Source of the DNA: Deltaproteobacteria bacterium RBG_16_64_85
GTDB taxonomy: Bacteria; Desulfobacterota; Deferrimicrobia; Deferrimicrobiales; Deferrimicrobiaceae
Assembly: GCA_001798885.1 (NCBI GenBank)
Contig: MGQW01000072.1
Span: 3,669 to 67,668, forward strand
DNA: 64,000 bases
Direction: 5' to 3'
Shown in pieces: positions 51,885 through 60,889 of the stretch. Position numbers and translations under genes: made by a program. The stretch's first letter is position 1. The number at the start of each line of letters is the position of its first letter. The notes under the pieces were generated by a model. That model ran no database searches and was not told the origin of the DNA. It saw nothing but the letters and a program-made list of their open reading frames with translations.

Positions 51885-54311
51885 TCAGCATTCCGACCAC
51901 CCGCACGATCGGCACTTGAGGCACGCCTCCTGCATCTCGACCTGGCTTCCGCAGTCGGGGCAGGCGCCGCGCGCGATCTCCCGGTCCTCGGCACGGGAAG
52001 GGGCCGCCTGGGAAGAAGCGGCAAGTTCGGGATCTCCCGCGGGTCCGGGGAGTCCGGCGAACATCGTGTCGACGTTCTCCATGTACCAATCGATGGCCTT
52101 GGAGACCGCGTCCGCGCACGACAGGATCTTCCCGCCGTTTCCGCCCCAGGCGGGGAGATGACAGGAGATCCCCTTCAGCTGCTTGATGATCTGGTCGGGC
52201 TGGACCCCGGAGCGGAGGGCCAGGGACACGAGCCTCCCGATCGCCTCGGACTGGGAAGCCGCGCACCCGCCGGCCTTCCCCATCTGGTTGAAGATCTCGA
52301 AGATCCCCTGGCGGTCGCGGTTGATCGTAATGTAGAGCTTCCCGCAGCTCGTCTTCATCTCCTTGGTGACGCCCAGCAGGGTGTCGGGGCGGGGCCGCGG
52401 GGAGACGAACCCCGGCTCGGCCTCGGGGACCCCGGACGCGGCGGCCTCCTTGCGGTTGACCTCGCCGATGTTCAGCACCTGCTCGTCGCGGCTTCTGTCC
52501 CGGTAGACGGTGACGCCCTTGCAGCCCAGGCGGTAGGCCAGGACGAAGACCTTCCGGATGTCCTCCCGGGTCGCCTCGGCGGGGAAGTTGACCGTCTTGG
52601 ACACGGCGTTGTCGACGAACTTCTGGAAGGCGGCCTGCATCCGCAGGTGCGCCTCCGGGGAGATGTCGTGCGCCGTCACGAAGATCCTCCGGACCTCGTC
52701 GGGGATCCCCTCCACGTGCCGCAGCGAGCCGGACTGCGAGATCTCCTTCATCTTCTCGACCGAATAGAGCCCGCGCCGCCGCATCTCCGCCTCGAAGAGG
52801 GGGTGCCCTTCGACCAGGTGGTCGTTGTCCATCACGTTGCGGATGAACGACAGGGCGAAGACCGGCTCGATCCCGCTGCTGCAGCCGGCGATGATGCTGA
52901 TGGTCCCCGTCGGGGCGATCGTCGTCGTCGTGGCGTTGCGCCGGGGGATGCCGCCCCGCTCGGGGAAGACGCTGATCCCGTAGTTCGGGAACGGCCCCCG
53001 CTCGCGGGCCAGGTGGCAGGAGGCCGAAACCGACTCCTCCTGGAGGAAGTTCATGACCTCCTGGGCGACGGCCAGCGCCTCGTCCGAGTCGTAGGGGATG
53101 CCGAGCCGGATCAGCATGTCGGCGAATCCCATCACCCCCAGCCCGATCTTCCGGTTTCCCATCGTCATCTGCCGGATCTCGTTCAGCGGATAGTTGTTCC
53201 TGTCGATGACGTCGTCCAGGAACCGCACCGCGGCGTGGACCGCGGCCTTGAGCTTCTCGTAGTCGATCCGCGCGCCGCCGTTCTCCCCCAGGATCATGTT
53301 GGCGAGGTTGACGGAGCCCAAATTGCACGATTCGTAAGGCAAAAGAGGCTGCTCCCCGCACGGGTTCGTGCTCTCCATCGCGCCGAGCCGGGGGGTGGGG
53401 TTGTCCCGGTTGATCCGGTCCAGGAAGATGATCCCCGGCTCCCCGTTGCGCCACGCGGAGTCCACGATCTTCTCGAACACCTCGCGGGCCTTGAGCCGGG
53501 CGGCGATCTCCATGGAGTGGGGGTTGACGAGCGGGTACTCGGCGTCGGCCTCCACCGCCTTCATGAACTCCTCGGTCAGCGCCACGGAGATGTTGAAGTT
53601 GTTCAGCCGGTCGTTCTTCGTCTTGCAGGTGATGAACTCGAGGATGTCGGGGTGGTCGACCCGGAGAATCCCCATGTTGGCGCCCCGGCGGGTCCCTCCC
53701 TGCTTGATCGTCTCGGTGGCCGCGTCGAAAACGGTCATGAAGGAGATGGGGCCGGACGAGATCCCCTTGGTCGACTTGACCACGTCGTGCTTCGGGCGCA
53801 GGCGGGAGAAGGAGAATCCGGTCCCCCCGCCGCTCTTGTGGATGAGCGCGGTGTTCTTGACCGCCTCGAAGATGGATTCCATCGAGTCTTCGACGGGCAG
53901 CACGAAGCAGGCCGACAGCTGCTGCAGCTCCCGCCCCGCGTTCATGAGGGTGGGGGAATTGGGCACGAAATCCAGCCGGATCATCAGGGCATAGAACGTC
54001 TCCGCCCGCTGCAGGACGACTTCGGGGAGGGTGCCGTAGTAAAATCCTTCCGCCGCCGCGATGTTGTAAGCCACCCGGGCGATCATCTCCTCGGGCGTCT
54101 CCAGGGTATCCCCCGGGGCGCCGATCTTGAGATACCGCCGTTCGAGCACTTTCCGGGCGTTCTCGGAGACCGGCAACGGCCCGTATTTCCGGAACATCCG
54201 CTCGATCCATTCCTTCGGCGGAAGCTCGGGAACCGCCTTCCCCGCGGCGCGCGCGGTGATTTCCGGCAGAGGGGCCGGGGCAGCGACAGGGGCGGGCACG
54301 TTCAGATCCAT
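51885..54311 (-). CDS. nrdJ: adenosylcobalamin-dependent (class II) ribonucleotide reductase
   Basis: 808-aa ORF. ENARKVLERRYL, NPCGEQPL active-site region, C-terminal CPDCGS..CLKCRSCGWSEC zinc-ribbon tail. Confidence 0.95.
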   Translation of the reverse strand: MDLNVPAPVAAPAPLPEITARAAGKAVPELPPKEWIERMFRKYGPLPVSENARKVLERRYLKIGAPGDTLETPEEMIARVAYNIAAAEGFYYGTLPEVVLQRAETFYALMIRLDFVPNSPTLMNAGRELQQLSACFVLPVEDSMESIFEAVKNTALIHKSGGGTGFSFSRLRPKHDVVKSTKGISSGPISFMTVFDAATETIKQGGTRRGANMGILRVDHPDILEFITCKTKNDRLNNFNISVALTEEFMKAVEADAEYPLVNPHSMEIAARLKAREVFEKIVDSAWRNGEPGIIFLDRINRDNPTPRLGAMESTNPCGEQPLLPYESCNLGSVNLANMILGENGGARIDYEKLKAAVHAAVRFLDDVIDRNNYPLNEIRQMTMGNRKIGLGVMGFADMLIRLGIPYDSDEALAVAQEVMNFLQEESVSASCHLARERGPFPNYGISVFPERGGIPRRNATTTTIAPTGTISIIAGCSSGIEPVFALSFIRNVMDNDHLVEGHPLFEAEMRRRGLYSVEKMKEISQSGSLRHVEGIPDEVRRIFVTAHDISPEAHLRMQAAFQKFVDNAVSKTVNFPAEATREDIRKVFVLAYRLGCKGVTVYRDRSRDEQVLNIGEVNRKEAAASGVPEAEPGFVSPRPRPDTLLGVTKEMKTSCGKLYITINRDRQGIFEIFNQMGKAGGCAASQSEAIGRLVSLALRSGVQPDQIIKQLKGISCHLPAWGGNGGKILSCADAVSKAIDWYMENVDTMFAGLPGPAGDPELAASSQAAPSRAEDREIARGACPDCGSQVEMQEACLKCRSCGWSEC

Positions 54312-54403
54312 TCGTCTACTCCATCGGGACGGTATTCCCCTTGGGGAGAGTGCCTGTCCAATTGATAGGATGGCTTATCTTGTGGCCTTCCGGCGACACT
54401 CAT

Positions 54404-54431
54404 ACAAGATATGGTGCTCGCCATATCCTGT
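54404..54431. promoter_or_regulatory. 11-bp inverted repeat upstream of nrdJ (candidate operator or hairpin)
   Basis: ACAAGATATGG-tgctcg-CCATATCCTGT (10 of 11 positions complementary), 93 to 120 nt upstream of the nrdJ ATG. Confidence 0.3.
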
Positions 54432-54568
54432 CAAGAAAAACGCGGGCAAAATAAAAATTATTACCAACCATCGTATTTCAGGGTGGTTATCCAATAATAG
54501 AACATAGTTAATCAAGCATGATTCGGATGATGCGTCGGATCTTGTTCGGGAGGTCGTCTGGAAACGCC

Positions 54569-54584
54569 TTGTTTTTAAAAACAA
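54569..54584. promoter_or_regulatory. perfect 16-bp A/T palindrome in the nrdJ / cytochrome-cluster divergent region
   Basis: TTGTTTTTAAAAACAA is a perfect palindrome in an otherwise GC-rich genome. TTGTT-N6-AACAA has the 5-6-5 geometry of CRP-type sites. Confidence 0.3.
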
Positions 54585-54866
54585 TTTCCTCTGGCGTGCG
54601 GTCGGGAAGCCATCGGGCCCGCGACAGGGGCTCCTCCGCGGCCGGTCCCATCTCCTTTTAGCGAATTCTCCACCACCAGCGAAAGGACCTCCTCCAACAA
54701 ACCCCTTTTTCAAAGCGGGGGAAGGGGGGGCAAAGGCCTTTCGAAATTTCGGCTTGATTATCGTTTGGGGTTGCAGTATGTATTCAGTCGACAATGGCGA
54801 TAACGGATATCGTTTGTCGGCTTCCGTCGAAAACCACCAAATATCCGGATAAAGAAAGGCTCGTCC

Positions 54867-56921
54867 ATGGTTCCCCTGCGCAGGGACTCGTTTCGCATCC
54901 TCGTACCGGTTGTCTTCCTTGCGCTTTGCCTGTTCGCAATGGCTCCCCGTTCCGCAGCCTGGGCCCTGGACAACGGGCAATGCTACGACTGTCACGGCGA
55001 TTCCGGGATCCTTACGTGGTCGGCAAAGGAGAAGGAGGGCAACGTCAAGGCGGGGGGGCCGGAGAAGGCACATCGCAATGTGGCGCCCTTCCCCGGGATC
55101 TCCCTTCACGTCGACCCCGGCAAGTACAAGGCCTCGGTGCACTCGTACCTTTCCTGCACCACCTGCCACGGGGATATCAAGGACCTCCCCCACAACTCCC
55201 GGCTTGACCCCGTCGACTGCTCGGGCTGCCACTCCGAGGCGGCGGCGGTCTACAAGAAGAGCCGGCACGTGGTGGTGCACGGCAAGGGTGCGAAGGCGGA
55301 TACCCCGCGGTGCTTCGACTGCCACGGCGCGCACGCGATCCCGAAATCGTCCGTTTCCACTTCCCCGGTCTACTTCCGGAACCTCGCGGCGACCTGCACG
55401 CGGTGTCACGGAATCCGGGAGGTGACCGACCGGTCCGACATCCCCATCCCCGGCGCCGCCCGCATGTACGAGAAGAGCATCCATAACCGGGCGATCGTCG
55501 AAAAAGGGCTGAACAAGTCCGCCACCTGCACCGACTGCCACGGGTCGCACGATCTCAAGGACCGGCTCGACCCCTCCTCGCCCATCTTCCGGACGAACAT
55601 CCCCGCCACCTGCGGGAAGTGCCACTACGGCGTCTTCGCGATCTTCCGGGACAGCGTGCACGGGGTGGCGCTCGCCCGCGGCGTCCCCGACGCCCCGGGC
55701 TGCACGGACTGCCACGGGGAGCACGACATCCGGCAGGCGTCCGACCCCGGTTCCTCGGTTTCGTTCGAGGCGGTATCCCGGACGACGTGCCCTTCCTGCC
55801 ACTCCGCGGAGAAGCTTTCCAGCCGGTACGGGATCTCCATCGAAAAAGTGAAGGGGTACGAGGAGAGCTTCCACGGCCTCTCCCAGCGGCTGGGGGATAA
55901 GACGGTGGCCGACTGCTCCTCATGTCACGGCGTCCACGAGATCTTCCGTTCCTCCGACCCCCGCTCGACCGTCAACATGAAGAACCTCCAGGTCACCTGC
56001 GGGAAATGCCACCCCGGGGCCACGGAGAACTTCGCCAAGGGGAACATCCACGTGGGCCCGGGCGGGATCGGGGGACAGGTCAAGTTCTGGGTGGAGAAGA
56101 TCTACATCTGGATGATCGCCGTGGTTATCGGCGGGATGCTGCTCCACAACGGCGCCGACTACCTTCGGAAGCTGCAGGAGATCTACCGGAAGCGGAGGGA
56201 GTGGGAGCATCCCGGGTACGAGCGGATGAACGCCTCGGAGCGGATCCAGCACTTCCTCATCCTGACGACGTTCTTCGCCCTCGTCCTCACCGGCTTCGCC
56301 CTGAAATTCAAGTGGTCGATCCCGTTCCTCGCGGACGCGACGAACGTCGCATTGAGGGGAACGGGGCACCGGGTGGCCGCCGTCCTCATGGTGGCGACCT
56401 GCATCTACCACCTGCTGTACGTGATCTTCACGGAGAGGGGGCGCGATCAATTCGCGCGGATGATGCCCCGCCTGCAGGACGCCCGGGACGTCGTGGAGAT
56501 GCTCAAATATTATGCCGGGATCTCAGCCCGCAAGCCGAAGTTCGGCCGGTACAGCTACATCGAGAAGGCCGAGTACCTCGCGCTGGCGTGGGGATCGATC
56601 GTCATGGTCGTCACGGGGTTCCTGCTCTGGTTCCAGGGCGAGACGCTCAAGCACCTTCCCATGTGGGGGTTGGACGTGGCGACGATCGTCCACTATTACG
56701 AGGCGATCCTGGCGACCCTGGCGATCATCGTCTGGCATCTGTATTACGTGATAATCAACCCCGACTTCGCCCCGCTCTCGTTCACCTGGATCGACGGGAA
56801 ACTTTCCCGGCACCACATGGAGCGTGAGCACGCGCTCGAGCTTGAGGAAATCGACGCGGCTTCACTGCCGGGGAAGGCCCCGGCGCCGGAAACCACACGG
56901 ATCGCCCCGGAGGGATCATGA
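54867..56921 (+). CDS. fused 11-haem c-type cytochrome / FdnI-HydC-like cytochrome b membrane protein (module 1)
   Basis: 684-aa ORF. Signal peptide, then 11 CXXCH motifs, then TM helix, then a four-helix b-type domain (ERIQHFLILTTFFALVLTGFALKF ... IVHYYEAILATLAIIVWHLYYV). Confidence 0.9.
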   Translation: MVPLRRDSFRILVPVVFLALCLFAMAPRSAAWALDNGQCYDCHGDSGILTWSAKEKEGNVKAGGPEKAHRNVAPFPGISLHVDPGKYKASVHSYLSCTTCHGDIKDLPHNSRLDPVDCSGCHSEAAAVYKKSRHVVVHGKGAKADTPRCFDCHGAHAIPKSSVSTSPVYFRNLAATCTRCHGIREVTDRSDIPIPGAARMYEKSIHNRAIVEKGLNKSATCTDCHGSHDLKDRLDPSSPIFRTNIPATCGKCHYGVFAIFRDSVHGVALARGVPDAPGCTDCHGEHDIRQASDPGSSVSFEAVSRTTCPSCHSAEKLSSRYGISIEKVKGYEESFHGLSQRLGDKTVADCSSCHGVHEIFRSSDPRSTVNMKNLQVTCGKCHPGATENFAKGNIHVGPGGIGGQVKFWVEKIYIWMIAVVIGGMLLHNGADYLRKLQEIYRKRREWEHPGYERMNASERIQHFLILTTFFALVLTGFALKFKWSIPFLADATNVALRGTGHRVAAVLMVATCIYHLLYVIFTERGRDQFARMMPRLQDARDVVEMLKYYAGISARKPKFGRYSYIEKAEYLALAWGSIVMVVTGFLLWFQGETLKHLPMWGLDVATIVHYYEAILATLAIIVWHLYYVIINPDFAPLSFTWIDGKLSRHHMEREHALELEEIDAASLPGKAPAPETTRIAPEGS

Positions 56922-58174
56922 AACGGTTGCAGATGCTGTTCTTGCCCGTGGTCCTGTCCGCGGCGATGTTCCTGCAGCCCGGGACCGCAGCCGCCTCGGC
57001 CCTTGTCGGGGGGGAATGCATGGAGTGCCACGGCGACAAGACGATCGAGAAATCCCTCCCCGGCGGGGGAACGCTGTCGCTGTTCGTCGATGAGAAGGCG
57101 TACCGGGGATCCGTGCACGGAAAAGGAGCCTGCACGATGTGCCACGCCGGCGCGAAATCCCCCCACGGCAAACTGGAGAGGGTCTCTTGCGTCAAGTGCC
57201 ACCCGGACGCGGAGAAGTCCTACTCCCGGAGCACGCACGGGAAGGGACACGCGAAAGGCGCCCACGAGGCCGCATGGTGTTCCGACTGTCACGGGAAGCA
57301 CGACATCCGCAAAAGCCGGGATGCCGCCTCGAGGACGTTCCGCCTGAACATCGTGGGCGTGTGCCTCAAGTGCCACAAGGACCGCGCGATCGAGGAGCAG
57401 TACCGGCTGCCCGGCCGGCAGGTGATGGAGGCGTACGAGAAGAGCGTCCACGGGATGGCCCTCAAGAAGTCGGGCCTGCTGGGGACTGCGGTCTGCCCGG
57501 ACTGCCACGGCAACCATGCGATCCTCCCGGGGGACCAGCCACGCGCCGCCACCCACCGGCAAAACGTCCCGACGATGTGCGGGAAGTGCCACTCCGGCAT
57601 CCTGGAGCAGTATGATGGGAGCATCCACGGGAAGGGGATGCGCGGCGGGATCGCCGAGTCGCCCGTATGCACGGACTGCCACGGGGAGCACAAGATCACC
57701 AAGATCAGCGACCCGACGTCGTCGGTTTTCACCAAGAACATCCCGAAGACCTGTTCCGCCTGCCACGAAAAGGAAGGGATCTCCAGCCGGTACGCCCTGC
57801 CCAAGAAGCGGTTCGCGACCTACATGGACTCCTTTCACGGGATCGCCCTGGAGTACGGGATGACCAAGGCCGCCAACTGCGCCTCGTGCCACGGTTTCCA
57901 CGACATCCTCCCCTCGGCCGACCCGGCGTCTCGGGTGAACAAGGCGAACCTCCCCCGCACGTGCGGGAAGTGCCACCCCAACGCGGGGCCGAACTTTGCG
58001 AAGGGGATGATACACGTGGAAGTGACCCCGCAGAAGGCGATGGGGGTGTTCGCCGTGCGGGTCTTCTACACGATTTTCATTTCCGTGCTGGTGACGCTGT
58101 TCGTCCTCCACGTCGGGCTGGAGCTTTTTGGCAGGCGCCGCCGCAAACGGATGGAGGAGGGGGGAAAGGGATGA
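56918..58174 (+). CDS. 11-haem c-type cytochrome with C-terminal TM anchor (module 2, c subunit)
   Basis: 418-aa ORF with ATGA overlap with module 1. 11 CXXCH motifs. Ends CGKCHPNAGPNFAKGMIHVE + TM helix, paralogous to the module 1 c-domain. Confidence 0.9.
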   Translation: MKRLQMLFLPVVLSAAMFLQPGTAAASALVGGECMECHGDKTIEKSLPGGGTLSLFVDEKAYRGSVHGKGACTMCHAGAKSPHGKLERVSCVKCHPDAEKSYSRSTHGKGHAKGAHEAAWCSDCHGKHDIRKSRDAASRTFRLNIVGVCLKCHKDRAIEEQYRLPGRQVMEAYEKSVHGMALKKSGLLGTAVCPDCHGNHAILPGDQPRAATHRQNVPTMCGKCHSGILEQYDGSIHGKGMRGGIAESPVCTDCHGEHKITKISDPTSSVFTKNIPKTCSACHEKEGISSRYALPKKRFATYMDSFHGIALEYGMTKAANCASCHGFHDILPSADPASRVNKANLPRTCGKCHPNAGPNFAKGMIHVEVTPQKAMGVFAVRVFYTIFISVLVTLFVLHVGLELFGRRRRKRMEEGGKG

Positions 58175-58875
58175 CGTCGACGAGCGCCGAGACCCCGAAG
58201 TCCGTTTCCATCGTCCGCATGTCCTTCCTGTTCCGGGTCCAGCACGCGCTCCTCATGGTCACGCTGCTCGTGCTCGCGCTGACCGGTTTTGCCCTGATGT
58301 ACCACGAGAACTGGCTCGGGCGGAACCTGATCCACCTGGAAGGCGGTTTCCTGTACCGCGGGTTCCTCCATCGCGCAGCGGCGTCCCTCCTGATGGGCCA
58401 GCTGGTCTTCCACGCCTTCTACATGCTGTTCACCCGGGAGGGAAAGAAGGAGCTCGGAGAGTTCCTCCTGGCGCGGCGGGATTTCGCAGATTTCCTCCAG
58501 GCGATCCGATACAACCTGGGGACCGCAGGGGAGTATCCCCGGTTCGGCAAGTACGGATACAAGGAGAAGTTCCAGTACTGGGGTGCGACGCTCGGCGTCT
58601 TCTTCATCTCGGTGACCGGCCTCATCCTCTGGGCGGAGACCTTCTCGATGCGGTTCCTCCCCAAGGTCGTCCTGGACATCACGCTCATCGTCCACGGCTA
58701 CCAGGGGCTGCTGGCGTTCGTCATCCTCCTGTTCTGGCACCTGTACAACGAGCACCTGCACCCTTCCGTCTTCCCGATGAACAACGCCTGGCTGACGGGA
58801 AAGGTCGACGCGGAATGGCTCCGCCAGGAGCACCCGCTGGAGTACGAAAAACTGAAACAGGAAGGGGTTCTATGA
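58171..58875 (+). CDS. FdnI/HydC-like cytochrome b membrane subunit (module 2, b subunit)
   Basis: ATG 58171 (ATGA overlap). 234 aa, FRVQHALLMVTLLVLALTGFALMY ... IVHGYQGLLAFVILLFWHLYN ... EHPLEYEKL. Paralogous to the C-terminal half of module 1. Confidence 0.85.
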   Translation: MTSTSAETPKSVSIVRMSFLFRVQHALLMVTLLVLALTGFALMYHENWLGRNLIHLEGGFLYRGFLHRAAASLLMGQLVFHAFYMLFTREGKKELGEFLLARRDFADFLQAIRYNLGTAGEYPRFGKYGYKEKFQYWGATLGVFFISVTGLILWAETFSMRFLPKVVLDITLIVHGYQGLLAFVILLFWHLYNEHLHPSVFPMNNAWLTGKVDAEWLRQEHPLEYEKLKQEGVL

Positions 58876-59939
58876 AGGGAACGGTCCTCTATGCAGCGAT
58901 GGTCGTTGCCCTCCTGGGATCGTGCGCGCCGGGGCTGCCGCGTCGGGCGGAGGCGCTGATCTCTCTGGAGAAGTGCACCCTCTGCCACGGCAAGCCGGAG
59001 TTCCGGAAGATCCTCGTGGACGGGAAGATCCGGGATCTGTTCGCGACGGCCGACAGCCTGAAGGGCTCGGTGCACGAGATGAAGGGCTGCGTGGACTGCC
59101 ACTTCGATATCAGCGAGATTCCCCACCGGGAGCGTCCGCACCGGGTGACCTGCACCCACTGCCACTATAAGGGGAACGCCGAGGGGGCCCCCCAGTCGGA
59201 CGGCTACCTCGCATATTTCGACTCCGTTCACGGGAAGGCGATCGCCCGGGGGAACGCGAAAGCTCCACTGTGCCAGGACTGCCACGGCAGCCATTTCATC
59301 CTCAAGGCGAAGAACGATGGGTCCCTGGTCTCGCAGGGGAAAGTGGCGGAGACGTGCGGGCACTGCCACATCCAGATCTACGCCCAGTACAAGACCTCGA
59401 TCCACGGGGTGGCGGTCGCAAGGGGGATCAAGGAAGCGCCGTCGTGCACGGGATGCCACGGGGAGCACAAGATTTACGGCCGTATGGACCCCAAATCCAC
59501 CGTGTTTGCGACCCACGTGGCCGAGCAGTGCTCGACATGCCACGGCTCGGTGTCGATCATGAGCAAGTTCGGCATCGAGACGGAACAGGTGGAGACCTAC
59601 AAGGAGTCGTTCCACGGCGTGGCGAGCCAGTTCGGGTCGCGGACCGTGGCCAACTGCTCCTCCTGCCACGGCACGCACGAGATCCGGCCCGAAGCGGACC
59701 CCTTGTCCTCGGTGAACCCGAAAAACGTCCCGAAGACCTGCGGGAAGTGCCACCCCGGGGCGAACCCCAACTTCGCCGTGGGGAAAATGCACATAGACGC
59801 CAAGAAGAAGGAGGCGGGCATCGTCTACTACGTGGCTTCCTTCTTCAAATACCTCACCATCGGCACGATGCTGGCCCTCATCGTCCACATCCTGCTGGAT
59901 ATGTACGGGCGGACCAAGCGGCTTCGCGGGGAGAAGTAG
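58872..59939 (+). CDS. 9-haem c-type cytochrome with C-terminal TM anchor (module 3, c subunit)
   Basis: ATG 58872 (ATGA overlap). 355 aa with 9 CXXCH motifs. Ends CGKCHPGANPNFAVGKMHID + TM helix. Confidence 0.9.
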   Translation: MKGTVLYAAMVVALLGSCAPGLPRRAEALISLEKCTLCHGKPEFRKILVDGKIRDLFATADSLKGSVHEMKGCVDCHFDISEIPHRERPHRVTCTHCHYKGNAEGAPQSDGYLAYFDSVHGKAIARGNAKAPLCQDCHGSHFILKAKNDGSLVSQGKVAETCGHCHIQIYAQYKTSIHGVAVARGIKEAPSCTGCHGEHKIYGRMDPKSTVFATHVAEQCSTCHGSVSIMSKFGIETEQVETYKESFHGVASQFGSRTVANCSSCHGTHEIRPEADPLSSVNPKNVPKTCGKCHPGANPNFAVGKMHIDAKKKEAGIVYYVASFFKYLTIGTMLALIVHILLDMYGRTKRLRGEK

Positions 59940-59950
59940 GGAGAGAAGGG

Positions 59951-60889
59951 ATGTCCGTGGACGAAAAGAAAGAGCCTTCGCAGGAGAGCCTCGAGCGGGA
60001 GATCGACGCCGCCGTCTCCGGCGAGACGGCCGGCCTCGACCCGGCCCGGGCCGACGAGATCCGGGAAACGATCCGGCAGCGGGTCCGTGCGGAGATGGAG
60101 CGGGAAATGCGGCTCCGGACGGCGGCCGACCGGCGGGCGGAGGAGCGCAGGCTCCGGGAAGAGCGCCGCAAGGAGAAGCACCACGGGGAAGAGGAGATGT
60201 TCCAGCGGTTCAACCGGAACTTCCGCTTCCAGCACATCGTGATGTTCACCTCGGTCATCCTCCTCATCATCACGGGGATGCCGATCAAGTTTCCCAACTT
60301 CATCCTCTCCCGGTTCGTCATCAACCTGTGGGGGGGGATCCACAACTCCACCATCGTCCACCGGATCGGCGCCGGGATGCTGATCTACTTCATGGTGCAC
60401 CACTTGCTGTACACCATCCTCTCCCGGGACGGGCGCAGGGACTTCGTGCTCCTCATCCCGACGCCCAAGGACTTCCGGGACGCCGTCCAGAACATCCGCT
60501 ACTTCCTGGGGAAGGTGGGCGAGAAGCCGAGGTTCGGCCGGTTCAGCTACATCGAAAAGTTCGACTACTGGGCGGTCTACTGGGGGTGCATTATCATGAT
60601 CGGCTCCGGGGCGTTCCTCTGGGGCGAGTCGATCGCGATGAAGTACTTCCCGAAGTTCGTCCTGGACATCGCCCACGAGATGCACAGCGACGAGGCGCTG
60701 CTCGCCACCCTGGCCATCGTGATCTGGCACTTCTACAATGTCCACTTCAACCCGGACCGGTTCCCCGGGACCCTGATGTGGTGGCACGGACGGATCTCGG
60801 AGCACGAGATCAAGGAGGAGCACCCGCTCGAGTATGAGGAAATCATGGCCAGGCGCGCCAAGCAGGCGGCGGAGGTCGCCCGACAATGA
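59951..60889 (+). CDS. FdnI/HydC-like cytochrome b membrane subunit with charged N-terminal extension (module 3, b subunit)
   Basis: ATG 59951. 312 aa. An 82-aa E/R/K-rich N-terminus, then FRFQHIVMFTSVILLIITGMPIKF ... EMHSDEALLATLAIVIWHFYN ... EHPLEYEEI. Confidence 0.85.
   Translation: MSVDEKKEPSQESLEREIDAAVSGETAGLDPARADEIRETIRQRVRAEMEREMRLRTAADRRAEERRLREERRKEKHHGEEEMFQRFNRNFRFQHIVMFTSVILLIITGMPIKFPNFILSRFVINLWGGIHNSTIVHRIGAGMLIYFMVHHLLYTILSRDGRRDFVLLIPTPKDFRDAVQNIRYFLGKVGEKPRFGRFSYIEKFDYWAVYWGCIIMIGSGAFLWGESIAMKYFPKFVLDIAHEMHSDEALLATLAIVIWHFYNVHFNPDRFPGTLMWWHGRISEHEIKEEHPLEYEEIMARRAKQAAEVARQ

Noticed and set aside
51663-54365. 900-aa plus-strand ORF opposite nrdJ (and the parallel 803-aa minus ORF 51799..54210)
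   Set aside because: nrdJ in the 51885..54311 frame has unmistakable class II RNR motifs. The others are alternative-frame or antisense artefacts.
54312-54560. NrdR boxes or a cobalamin riboswitch upstream of nrdJ
   Set aside because: I could not find two 16-bp ACAC-N8-GTGT-type boxes at helical spacing, nor the conserved B12-box core. Only the inverted repeat reported above is supported.
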